DNA from: a virus
Taxonomy: Duplodnaviria > Caudoviricetes
Strand: one strand, 5' to 3'
Virus record (IMG/VR): IMGVR_UViG_3300024259_000011
DNA: 64,000 bases
In this document: in pieces, positions 47,268-56,101 of the stretch
Numbering within the stretch: the first letter of the stretch is position 1
How the letters are laid out: each line of letters starts with the position of its first letter
Translations under genes and position numbers: made by a program
Notes under the pieces: model-generated
Told to the model about the DNA's origin: nothing
Seen by the model: only the letters and a program-made list of their open reading frames with translations
The model's database searches: none

Positions 47268-47870
47268 CTACGCTAGCAGTTCGATAAGCTGTGACTTCTT
47301 AAGCTTAGAATAGCCTTTGGCGCCACTGTCCTTTGCCATCGCCTTGAGTTGATCAACCGTCATATTCGACAGGTCAAAGGTACCTTTGATACCCTCCGCG
47401 TCGTCATCATCCGGATTGATATCAACCACTTCAATCTCAAAACTGAGATCCTTGCCGGCTAGCGGATGGTTGAGATCCAACGTCACATCAGTGTCCGTGA
47501 AAGACGCAACCTTAGCGAACAGAGGACGACCATCTGCGGTGGTTCCCTGAACAGGTGCGCCTTCAAAGAACTGATAATCAGAAGGAAACTGGTCCCGCTG
47601 AACAGTGCTGAATGCCTCTGGGTTTGTCGGACCATACGCATCGTCAGATGCGATGCTAATCGTCTTTGTTTGACCTTCAGTCATTCCAATCAATGCGGAT
47701 TCAAATCCTTTGATTAGTTGACCAGAGCCAACGACAACGGGTAGCGGCTGTCCGCGCTCGTATGAGCTATCGAACACATTACCGTCCGTAAAGCTACCCT
47801 TATAATGAAGTAGAACACCGTCGCCGGTGACTACCTTCTGCTTCTTTGTGTTTGCCATTTTTTTCTCCAT
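47268..47870 (-). CDS. SlyD/FkpB-like FKBP peptidyl-prolyl isomerase with Rho-N-like C-terminal helix pair
   Basis: VLLHYKG..FDSS, QLIKGFESAL, AYG, LDLNHPLAGKDL; C-terminal LSNMTVDQLKAMAK..G..GYSKLKKSQLI. Confidence 0.93.
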   Translation of the reverse strand: MEKKMANTKKQKVVTGDGVLLHYKGSFTDGNVFDSSYERGQPLPVVVGSGQLIKGFESALIGMTEGQTKTISIASDDAYGPTNPEAFSTVQRDQFPSDYQFFEGAPVQGTTADGRPLFAKVASFTDTDVTLDLNHPLAGKDLSFEIEVVDINPDDDDAEGIKGTFDLSNMTVDQLKAMAKDSGAKGYSKLKKSQLIELLA

Positions 47871-47907
47871 GGTTTTTATTTTGCGCTTTTAACGCTCTTG
47901 TACAAGA

Positions 47908-48279
47908 TGGTGGAGGCGGCGGGAATCGAACCCGCGTCCAGAATAAGTCTAATTGTAGTCGTTCACAAGTTTATTCAGTTTTGGTGCAACGAAACTGAAA
48001 AAGTTGACTATCTTGATCTGATCCCACCGTTGCCGGCGATAGCCTTTGAATCAGATATGGTTTGGTGGTTTTAAGATACCGCTTACCACCCTGTTGCAGC
48101 ATCTACTCAAATTGGATAGAAGGTTTTGAGTGACCTCCCGATTAAGCCGCTAGGCGTACAGAATCGAAGTGGTTATTGTTATTAGCAATTATGTTTTGTA
48201 TCTGCGTTTAAAGTCTGCTGGTACGTTTGACTACTTGCACTTTTCCTCTTTCCTACCCTGTCGAAACCGGGGCGCCCCC
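47908..48279 (-). ncRNA. ssrA: tmRNA (372 nt), tag (A)ANNNNHFDSVRLAA
   Basis: 5' GGGGGCG...TTTCGAC; 3' GGTTCGATTCCCGCCGCCTCCACCA; G3-U wobble; tag ORF 48142-48186 ending LAA-TAA. Confidence 0.95.
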
Positions 48280-48519
48280 GTTAGGTTTTTTCTTCTTACT
48301 TCGCTTTGTTATTTTCTTGGTGATCACGCCAAGTGGCTTTCCGCCTTCACCGTCAAGCCAAATGACGATCTCATCTTTTCTATCTATCTCCGACCGCACC
48401 GCTGTGAGATATTTAATCTCTTTCTTCGCTTTTTTTAGGGCTGCAGCTTCCGTGGTGTGGCTACTAATTAGCTCACCTTGAATATAATGCCCATCCCATT
48501 TCCAGACTTTCCAGCTCAT
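48253..48519 (-). CDS. Hypothetical basic protein overlapping the tmRNA 5' end
   Basis: 88-aa ORF; the last 8 codons and the stop lie inside the tmRNA. Confidence 0.7.
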   Translation of the reverse strand: MSWKVWKWDGHYIQGELISSHTTEAAALKKAKKEIKYLTAVRSEIDRKDEIVIWLDGEGGKPLGVITKKITKRSKKKKPNGGAPVSTG

Positions 48520-48538
48520 ATGTTCTTTAAAATATCTT

Positions 48539-48776
48539 AGTCTTATATAGACTCAAGAGAAGATTGTTGGCGCTCCTCGCGACCAACTTACCAGCCTAAC
48601 TTCTACTGCTGTTCCTTCAAAATGGATATCCCATGTCATAGGGAGTACGTCTGGAACTACTTTGAAACAGCAAGGTTCGTTTTAGACATTGAACCGACAA
48701 CCTTTATATTGTTAAACCCTCTAGAGAGCCGGTCGCAATTACGACCAGTATATATTGAGTTTTCGCATAGCCACTC
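48539..48776 (-). ncRNA. Candidate structured RNA (multi-hairpin)
   Basis: No convincing ORF; six or more hairpins; extended -10 TGnTATAAT at 48798-48806. Confidence 0.4.
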
Positions 48777-48808
48777 CTGTCTTTATTTTGTTTCTCTATT
48801 ATAACACA

Positions 48809-49141
48809 CTATTCTGAAAAAAACGAGTCCGTTTTATATATTTTTAGATTTTTATTTAGTTCTGCCACTGTGATACCCAAAAATCTTGCTGCCTCTTTCT
48901 TTGACCGAGTGGCTGAGAGAGCATATTTAAGTACTGCATCTCTAGTAAGTTCTGGTAGAGATTTCCAGATAGGGAAACCATAGAATTTCCCTCTGAGAGA
49001 TCTAGTAGAGAGTTCAAGCTTGAGAGCAATCACTTCTTCTAGTGTTAATGAATTGATCATTATTTCAAATTCATCACTTATCTTCTTGTCTTTCTGAAGT
49101 TTCTTTGATATACTGTATGTATGATTTTTACCTACTTTCAT
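48809..49141 (-). CDS. Putative regulator with C-terminal Fis-like HTH
   Basis: ALSATRSKKEAARFLGIT..EL..NLK. Confidence 0.65.
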   Translation of the reverse strand: MKVGKNHTYSISKKLQKDKKISDEFEIMINSLTLEEVIALKLELSTRSLRGKFYGFPIWKSLPELTRDAVLKYALSATRSKKEAARFLGITVAELNKNLKIYKTDSFFSE

Positions 49142-49189
49142 ATTTCCTTCTTAAGTTAGAATATCAAGTAAGAGTAATTTAGTAATTAT

Positions 49190-49218
49190 AATATACCACC
49201 AAACGGAGGTCTTGTCAA
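49190..49218 (-). promoter_or_regulatory. Sigma70-type promoter
   Basis: TTGACA-17nt-TATATT. Confidence 0.78.
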
Positions 49219-49266
49219 GGGGGAAATGAAAGAAAGATCGATCTTTTCACAAAACTTTTACAAGTA

Positions 49267-49530
49267 CTACCAATTTTCTTGTGGATTGGTCCCGGGCTTT
49301 TGCGCCCAGACCGCTTTATTGACGGTGAGTTGATACCATCCTTCCAACATTCTAACGTTAACTTCCCAGTCGTTTCCCAAGGTCTGACGAAGCTCTTCGG
49401 CTTCTGATTCTTTTTGAGCGCGCAGGTTTTTCTGTCGTGCCAGTTTGTCATCATGCGCTCTCTGCTTACCAGAGATTTCGTTAAGCTCTTCTTTAATAAT
49501 CTGTTTAAGTTGTGATTGTGAAATTTTCAT
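49267..49530 (-). CDS. Hypothetical protein with LKQIIKEE leader
   Basis: MKISQSQLKQIIKEELNE. Confidence 0.75.
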   Translation of the reverse strand: MKISQSQLKQIIKEELNEISGKQRAHDDKLARQKNLRAQKESEAEELRQTLGNDWEVNVRMLEGWYQLTVNKAVWAQKPGTNPQENW

Positions 49531-49664
49531 AAGTATACTCCTACAATGTATCCGAGAATCATGCCTTTGATTGCAGAGATCCACAGAAGCTGGTAGTTCG
49601 ATAGATTACAGTAGTCTGCTACACATTGAATCCTGTCTTTGTGCCATTGTACAAAATGATCCAT
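49527..49664 (-). CDS. 45-aa membrane peptide
   Basis: MDHFVQWHKDRIQ...LLWISAIKGMILGYIVGVYL; coupled by TAATG and ATGA overlaps. Confidence 0.7.
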   Translation of the reverse strand: MDHFVQWHKDRIQCVADYCNLSNYQLLWISAIKGMILGYIVGVYL

Positions 49665-50536
49665 TATAAACCTCCGAAGTCCATCTCTTCTTCTCCGCCC
49701 AATCCCATTTCTTCTTCGCCGCCCAGTTCAGCCTCAGCGCCTTTCTCCTGTTCGTACTCGGGAGTCGTAGGTTCTTCGGGAGTTCCTTCAAGTTCTGATT
49801 CCCATGTGTCAAAATACAGTTTGAGGTTAGTAATCAAATAATCGTAATATTGTTTTCTGTCTTCTTCAGAGCCAAGCTTTGCGTATGGCTCGATGACATT
49901 CTTAGAAACTTTGTTCCATGCGTCAAGAGCATAGTTGCGACCGGTCTTGTCCATCTCGCCAACGCCTGCACCGAACTCTTCTCTTTCAGACTCTAGTGGG
50001 TCCGCCTCTTCTGGTTCTTCGCCCAGCTTTAATGCGTCAAGTCCATTAGCTTCATCTTCAACCTCTTCTTCAGAATCATCACCCATTGCAAGCTCTGTTT
50101 CTATAAGGCTGTTTAACGCTTCTGCTAGCTCTTCTAAGCCGCTTTCGGCGCCCATGGCGATACCAGTGTCCTCGCCACCTTCAGTGGCGTTAGGAAGCCC
50201 TGCAGCGCGCTCCACGCCAAGAGCTTTAATAGCTGCGTTGATGATATGGGAACGAAAGGATTTCCTCTGTTCTGCAGAAGTCGTGAGAGTCTTAAACTCT
50301 GTTTCAAGTTCTGATAAAGTGTTTGTATTAAGAAGCATGTTGTCAAGGGCATTACCACCCGTGTTCAAAGATGGACCTTCTGTATTAGAATCTTTTTCAT
50401 TGAGGATAGTGCGAATAATATTACGCAGCTTAGTTTCCTCTGTCAAGTTTTTTTGACGTTTGCTTTGAACAAGGCGGATAGCTTTGCGAACGTTCTCGCG
50501 CAGGATTATCTCATTATAAAAATCAATGCGGTTCAT
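49664..50536 (-). CDS. Acidic putative head/core protein
   Basis: KLRNIIRTILNE motif; E-rich. Confidence 0.6.
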   Translation of the reverse strand: MNRIDFYNEIILRENVRKAIRLVQSKRQKNLTEETKLRNIIRTILNEKDSNTEGPSLNTGGNALDNMLLNTNTLSELETEFKTLTTSAEQRKSFRSHIINAAIKALGVERAAGLPNATEGGEDTGIAMGAESGLEELAEALNSLIETELAMGDDSEEEVEDEANGLDALKLGEEPEEADPLESEREEFGAGVGEMDKTGRNYALDAWNKVSKNVIEPYAKLGSEEDRKQYYDYLITNLKLYFDTWESELEGTPEEPTTPEYEQEKGAEAELGGEEEMGLGGEEEMDFGGL

Positions 50537-50895
50537 TATATTTCTCCACGCTCAATTTTCGCCCATAGATTTTGCATCTGAGCACTTGTTACAGATCCCG
50601 ACTTATCTGCCCCAGCCGGACGAGGTTCTTCTGGTCCCGTGCGCGAAAGCCCGCCATCCACATCACCACCGCCTTGCTCAAACTTGGCAATCCAGCGAAG
50701 TGCATACTGCAGCTTCTCTGAAGGCTTGCTGCCGGGGAGATTGGAATCTGCAAGGAACTCAAACAAAGCGTAGTATGCTTCTGCGCCGGCTGTTTGCTCT
50801 TCGTCAGACAAAGGTTCAATATCAATTGACCCGCCTGTAAACCGACCTTCTGTGAAACGGTTAAAATTCTCTAATAATGTTTTCATGTCACTCAT
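50536..50895 (-). CDS. Hypothetical protein with ENF leader
   Basis: MSDMKTLLENFNRFTEG; ACTATTTA directly upstream. Confidence 0.75.
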   Translation of the reverse strand: MSDMKTLLENFNRFTEGRFTGGSIDIEPLSDEEQTAGAEAYYALFEFLADSNLPGSKPSEKLQYALRWIAKFEQGGGDVDGGLSRTGPEEPRPAGADKSGSVTSAQMQNLWAKIERGEI

Positions 50896-50911
50896 ATCTA
50901 TAAATAGTCCT

Positions 50912-53188
50912 TTATTCCCCTAAAGCGACGTTTGCGCCGCTTCGTTTTTTTGCCATGGTTTCGATCTCATCGCCTTCTTCATAGTACGGCGCTCGCTCTA
51001 CAGGATCTAACGACAGTGCCGCTGGACCCCATGCAAGATCTGCCATATTCTCTTCAATCTCTTCATCATCTTCACGGATCAATGTATCTGCTTCTTTCTT
51101 TTTCTTTTTGCTAGCTGGTCCTTCAACCGCACCACCTGCCATTGCCGAGATCTCATCCATGGTCTCTTCGATTAATCTCATAAGAGTTTCAGCAATCTGT
51201 GCTTGCTCGGGATCGCTCATAGCAACTTGGGCGCCCATCATATTAATAACTTCTTTGGCTTGACCTCTAATGGCTTGTGGTAAGAACTCGGCAACAGTCT
51301 GAACATCGCCTTCTTCAACAGCATTGCGGAAATCAGTTGCGCTAAGATCAACGGTCGTTACTTTCTCTTCGCCAGTTTCGGGATCGACTTCTACTACTTG
51401 ACGTGTAAAGTCTTTTCCATCAACATTGACTGCATATTGTTCACCAGCTAAGACACGCACACCGTCTCTGGCGTACTGTTGTACGCTGCCAGCAAAACGT
51501 GAATGATCACCCCCTTTTGTGCTGACTCCAAGTATTACATGGTCGCCCGGTTGTGCTTTTTGTGGGTCGTTGTCTTCGTTGCCCACAAAATCGTAGGTCA
51601 TCCTAACTGGTGAATTCACTGAAGAGATACTAACCTTTACAGTATCCGTTAAGCCGTAAGCTTCAACATACTTGTTCCAAAGGTTCATAGAGTGTTCAGA
51701 CGTAAAGTCAATTGGTTCTGCAAACTCCCCGTCGCTTTTGCGACTGAGGGGCGAAACATAAACTTTTACTTCATCTGCCATTACAGCATATTGCCGTACC
51801 ATAGCGAAGTGTCCTCTGTGTGGTAGCTTAAACGCGCCGGGAACAATCGCGACGATTCTTCGTCTTGCTGTTGCCTCGTCAAGTCTATCGATGGCTTCCA
51901 CATCTCCTCTTCCGTATCTAAATAATCCTAAAATCTGATTGATAGGTGCAAAGTTACCAGTGAACTTATACATCTGTCCGTTCCAAGTAAACACAAAGCC
52001 TTCGACTGCAGTATTAACGTTGTCGTGGCTCTTGAGCTTCTTGAGTTGTCTTATTAAAATCTCATGGGCTTCATCTTTGCCCGGTCCATCATAAGTTTGA
52101 ATCTTATCAATAGCTGTGGCGACCTCATCACGTAGTCTGCCCAACTCATTTCCATTGTCAAGAATATATGCACTTTCCAAACCCTTCAGCATTTCTACAG
52201 CGAAGTCATGGATGGCATCTTCAATTGGTTCGATGATTTCACCAAGAAGTCTCTTCTTATTATTCTTTTCGAGTAACTGGGACAGTGCTGCAACTTCTTG
52301 CTCATCTCTGAGCATCTTGCGCACTTTGCGAATATTCACTCGACCCTTTACAGCTTTGAAGTGATCAATAATATGTCCAATCACTTCTTTGTTTGCACTC
52401 GGTACTGCTCTCTTGATAATAGGAGTCAGTTTCATATCTGTGTATTGACCAATGGTCATGTTACCGCTGAACCCTGCGTGGTTCATGCGACGTAGAGTGT
52501 CCTCAAGGATGCTACGGTCTGAAAGCGCCTGTAACTGCAATGTAGCCGTCTTACGCACAGAGAAGGGTTCGTCTGCAGTCGCTTCTTCAAAGCGGTCCAG
52601 AACGTCATCCAGCGCCTGTGAGACACGCTCTACATCTGAGTCCTTAACATTGACAACAGTATCGCTTTCTTCGATATACTGTTTGTGACCAGAGGAATGA
52701 ATTGATAAAACATTCGCATCATAGTTAACAACGTTAGAAGCGCCCGGTCCTTGAATCTCTGTGTTCAAGAATATGGGAGCCTCTGAGCCAAAGAGCATTT
52801 GTTGCTCTTCCGGCGTTAAGGATCTTACAGCCTTTTCAAAGGCGCGGAAGGATGCAGTGTAAACTCTCTTGACACCCTCGCCGCCCTTGAATACACGCGC
52901 AGCAAGGTCAGCAGTATTACTGCCTCCCTTACGCATGTCGCCTTTATTACGAGCGTAACGAGCTTCGCCATCAACATAACTGAGATAGATGTTATAGCCA
53001 TCTGTTTTTTCGGTCCCTATCAATTCACCACGCGCAGCGGTGCTAAGGATCTCCTCCATGTCTGAATAGGAGAGATCGGGATTGTCATACAGGTGAGCCA
53101 AGTGCCCAGCAACACCACCTTCTAACAGGAGGTGCTTGCCACGCTTTTGTGCTTCTCTCAGTAATTTGTTGTAAAGCTTATCATTCAT
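50912..53188 (-). CDS. RNA-ligase-like nucleotidyltransferase fused to HxGH cytidylyltransferase-like domain
   Basis: EKTDG, RN, NTEI, VEGFVF and YKFT correspond to ligase motifs I, Ia, III, IV and V; PGAFKLPHRGH. Confidence 0.7.
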   Translation of the reverse strand: MNDKLYNKLLREAQKRGKHLLLEGGVAGHLAHLYDNPDLSYSDMEEILSTAARGELIGTEKTDGYNIYLSYVDGEARYARNKGDMRKGGSNTADLAARVFKGGEGVKRVYTASFRAFEKAVRSLTPEEQQMLFGSEAPIFLNTEIQGPGASNVVNYDANVLSIHSSGHKQYIEESDTVVNVKDSDVERVSQALDDVLDRFEEATADEPFSVRKTATLQLQALSDRSILEDTLRRMNHAGFSGNMTIGQYTDMKLTPIIKRAVPSANKEVIGHIIDHFKAVKGRVNIRKVRKMLRDEQEVAALSQLLEKNNKKRLLGEIIEPIEDAIHDFAVEMLKGLESAYILDNGNELGRLRDEVATAIDKIQTYDGPGKDEAHEILIRQLKKLKSHDNVNTAVEGFVFTWNGQMYKFTGNFAPINQILGLFRYGRGDVEAIDRLDEATARRRIVAIVPGAFKLPHRGHFAMVRQYAVMADEVKVYVSPLSRKSDGEFAEPIDFTSEHSMNLWNKYVEAYGLTDTVKVSISSVNSPVRMTYDFVGNEDNDPQKAQPGDHVILGVSTKGGDHSRFAGSVQQYARDGVRVLAGEQYAVNVDGKDFTRQVVEVDPETGEEKVTTVDLSATDFRNAVEEGDVQTVAEFLPQAIRGQAKEVINMMGAQVAMSDPEQAQIAETLMRLIEETMDEISAMAGGAVEGPASKKKKKEADTLIREDDEEIEENMADLAWGPAALSLDPVERAPYYEEGDEIETMAKKRSGANVALGE

Positions 53189-53435
53189 TACTACCCTTTC
53201 CTTCTTCTAAAACTTGTAGTTTTTCTTGAAGAAGGGTAACTTCGTTTTGTAACCTACGAACCGAACGGCGAATCTCTCTGAGATGCGACTTGGCAATCTC
53301 TACTCGGCGTTCATCAGTTCTGGTGTTTGGGCGAAGCTTCCCGATAACCTCTTCAAGAGATTGAATAAAACTAGCGACAGACGGACCTTGACCTTCAGTC
53401 AAAAACCGTCTTGTCATCTTGTCAAAATCAATCAT
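53181..53435 (-). CDS. Coiled-coil hypothetical protein
   Basis: Start MIDFDKMTRRFLTEG. Confidence 0.7.
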   Translation of the reverse strand: MIDFDKMTRRFLTEGQGPSVASFIQSLEEVIGKLRPNTRTDERRVEIAKSHLREIRRSVRRLQNEVTLLQEKLQVLEEGKGSNE

Positions 53436-53436
53436 T

Positions 53437-53670
53437 TTACGATGCATCGGTAATGACCTTCTTAGCCTTTGTCTTCTTTGTAGTCGTAGTCTTCTTAGTT
53501 GTAATCGTCTTGCCAGTTCCAATGCCATCAGTTGTACCCGTGGTAGTAGTGGTGGTAGTGGTTGTGGTATCTGAAATATTTTCAATAATCGTATCCACTT
53601 TGGCAGCCGCTGCATCAATCTGTGCCATCAGCCTACGTCGTTTCCATGTCTTACCCATTATTTCGCCCAC
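53437..53670 (-). CDS. Thr/Lys-rich hypothetical protein
   Basis: Poly-Thr tract and basic tail. Confidence 0.65.
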   Translation of the reverse strand: MGEIMGKTWKRRRLMAQIDAAAAKVDTIIENISDTTTTTTTTTTGTTDGIGTGKTITTKKTTTTKKTKAKKVITDAS

Positions 53671-54755
53671 CTTTTAATAAGCCTTTCGTACAACTTCTCT
53701 TGCCGGCGCTGGAAAGTCTCTTGAAGATCGTCGGTGTCTTCCTCATCATCTTCTGCTTCCTCAATAGTCCCGGCTGAACGATGCTTACTAACATCGGGGG
53801 ATGAACTTTCGTCCAACTCGACGCACTTGCCGGCAACCATCTTCTTGCCTTGCTTTTCGCACTGCTGTTTTGCACGGTCACCACCTAGACGACTGCCCTT
53901 AGCAGCTTCATCAACGGTTTCCTCGTCTTCGTCTTGGCTTTCCTTTACGGCTTCTTTAGACCCGCACTTGACTTGGGCGCCGGCTTTATCATAGCACTTC
54001 TGGCTGGTCTTGGGATCGCGGTGAGGTGGTGCCTTTCCGCCGGCGTATGCCTCATCAACGGTCTCCTCATCTTCACCTTCTTCTAGGTTCTGACCGGGAC
54101 TGCCATCGGAAGCGTTGCCCTGACGGTGACCCTGTTGGTTGTTGTCACGGGAATCCTTGCGGTCGCCCTGACCTTCTTCTTGGACATCCTCTTCTTCCTC
54201 TTCTTCGTTAACGGCACCACCGGTTGTGATGGTAGCGTTCTTCATGATCTCAGCAACAATGCTTTTGACCAGTTTTTCATGTTCAGACATGGTAATATAC
54301 TCCTTGTTAATATAATTAGTTTCATGCAAATTGTTACGCCTTTTTGATTTGTACTGGTCTTCCCAGTCTCTCATAACCATGGATGCGTAAGCTTCCTGTT
54401 CCATTTTTCTTAAGTGTCCGTCCGTCTGCGCGTAGCCATCTCCCGTCTCTCCCATCTTTTCTGGAGAGAGGTCGCCTCGGCAGTTCTGCGTGTGATGAAC
54501 CAACTCATGCGCCAATGAGCGCAATAAATCTTTTGGGTGTCGCCCATCTACATAGAGGGTGACTGTATAATTATCAGGTTGATAGTGAGCGGTCTTACCC
54601 AGCGGATCATCAGCGTTGCTATCATCAGATGCATATACAATTTGAGCCGGCTTATCAAATCCTAAATACTCTTGGGCATAGGGATAGAAACGCTTCACCA
54701 TATTGGTTAAAGCGGACATATCTTGCCCGGAGTCATTTTGGATATCGCAACTCAT
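53658..54755 (-). CDS. HExxH metallopeptidase-like domain plus acidic repeat tail
   Basis: LRSLAHELVHH..EQEAY; repeated EDEETVDEA. Confidence 0.72.
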   Translation of the reverse strand: MSCDIQNDSGQDMSALTNMVKRFYPYAQEYLGFDKPAQIVYASDDSNADDPLGKTAHYQPDNYTVTLYVDGRHPKDLLRSLAHELVHHTQNCRGDLSPEKMGETGDGYAQTDGHLRKMEQEAYASMVMRDWEDQYKSKRRNNLHETNYINKEYITMSEHEKLVKSIVAEIMKNATITTGGAVNEEEEEEDVQEEGQGDRKDSRDNNQQGHRQGNASDGSPGQNLEEGEDEETVDEAYAGGKAPPHRDPKTSQKCYDKAGAQVKCGSKEAVKESQDEDEETVDEAAKGSRLGGDRAKQQCEKQGKKMVAGKCVELDESSSPDVSKHRSAGTIEEAEDDEEDTDDLQETFQRRQEKLYERLIKRWAK

Positions 54756-56089
54756 GATTTAAGTTTATTAATAACCTCTTGTAATCTACGCGCTTGGTAC
54801 ATAGCAGTGATCTCAGAAAGAATAGTATCAAAGCCTTCTGCCGTAACACTCTCTACCTTAATCTGATTTGCTTGTGCCCACTCTTCAACTTGTTTAATAA
54901 TAACAGAGACATCTTGCTGCTGGATTCCAAGCTTATCTCTTGCTCTGGCAAGAGCGCTCTGTAGCCCTTCTCCGCCTTTGCCTCTAAAGACCTTGACGAC
55001 GGGAGATCCTTCAGGTGCAGTATTCTGTACTGTAGGCTTGATCTGTTCAATACCACCTGCAGGCTCTTCTGCTCCTGCTTTTGCTGGGTCTTCTCTGGCT
55101 GGCTCTTCGCCGGCAAGCTTTGCTCGACGGGCATCAGCCGCTTTCCTGAAAGTCTTACCTTTCTTTTGTGCTGCTCGATTCGGACCATCGAACTCCCTTA
55201 AGAGATCATCAATCGTAACATCGGAGTTATAATGTTCTTGCAACATGTTCTCAACAAGACCATACCAAACCCATCCTTGAACTTCGTCAAGGATTCCTTC
55301 GCTAACAGTTACACCTTGAGCCTTGAGTTGCTTCTCAATGTGCTTGAGTGTCGCGCCCATTACTGGACCTGACACACCGCCCTTGGCTAAGAAGCTCTGT
55401 AGCCCTTTGCCGCCCTTGCCACGATACACGAAGGCTGTACCGCCTCCTGCGTCTTCCCCGCCTCCTACGTCGTCTGGAGCCTGCTGCATGGCTTGTTCTA
55501 AGTCGTCTACCTGATCATCAACCTCGTCTTCTAGCCCGGGCTTAATCGCATCAAGGTCAACCTTGTTATCCGCCGCCTGTAGAAGATCAAGAATCTGGCG
55601 AAGGAGAGCCATGATATCGTCAGGGTTCGATTTGACTTGCGCCGTAAGCTCTTTCGCATCTGGGATTTTATCATCAATTTGATCAACCGTTTTAGCTGTC
55701 TTTTGTGCATCCGGATCGGTGAAGTTCGCTGCTTGCTTTGTAATGTTGCTAAGCGTCTTGTGAACATTTACGATTGGCGCCGCTGCAGCTTTAAAGAAAT
55801 CGCCAACACCTTTAAAGAACCCTTCTTGGAGAAGAGCAGTCGCTTCTTTTATATCTGATTCTGGCAATCCAAAAGATGCTGCGTGTTCTGCAATCCATTC
55901 GGCTGAAGGCTTTGATTGAGTGTCGCCCTCTTGCAAATTGTTCTGCCATTCTAGTGTCAGAATCTCTGCTAATAGATAAGCTGCGTAGCTTGGCCACTTT
56001 TGCTCATTGACAGTTCTGGTGAGACTGTTCTTGATATACTCTTCGTTAACGATTTGTCGAATCTTTGATTCACTGATTTTGATTTTCAT
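54752..56089 (-). CDS. Putative internal head protein with duplicated FRGKGG module
   Basis: MKIKISESKIRQIVNEE; two copies of (V)YRGKGGKGLQS / VFRGKGGEGLQS. Confidence 0.6.
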   Translation of the reverse strand: MKIKISESKIRQIVNEEYIKNSLTRTVNEQKWPSYAAYLLAEILTLEWQNNLQEGDTQSKPSAEWIAEHAASFGLPESDIKEATALLQEGFFKGVGDFFKAAAAPIVNVHKTLSNITKQAANFTDPDAQKTAKTVDQIDDKIPDAKELTAQVKSNPDDIMALLRQILDLLQAADNKVDLDAIKPGLEDEVDDQVDDLEQAMQQAPDDVGGGEDAGGGTAFVYRGKGGKGLQSFLAKGGVSGPVMGATLKHIEKQLKAQGVTVSEGILDEVQGWVWYGLVENMLQEHYNSDVTIDDLLREFDGPNRAAQKKGKTFRKAADARRAKLAGEEPAREDPAKAGAEEPAGGIEQIKPTVQNTAPEGSPVVKVFRGKGGEGLQSALARARDKLGIQQQDVSVIIKQVEEWAQANQIKVESVTAEGFDTILSEITAMYQARRLQEVINKLKS

Positions 56090-56101
56090 GGTGTTCCCCT
56101 G

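Noticed and set aside
48520-48790. Group I intron or protein-coding ORF (48622-48804 plus)
   Set aside because: P7-like elements are in the wrong order, and the plus-strand ORF has no SD or domain support.
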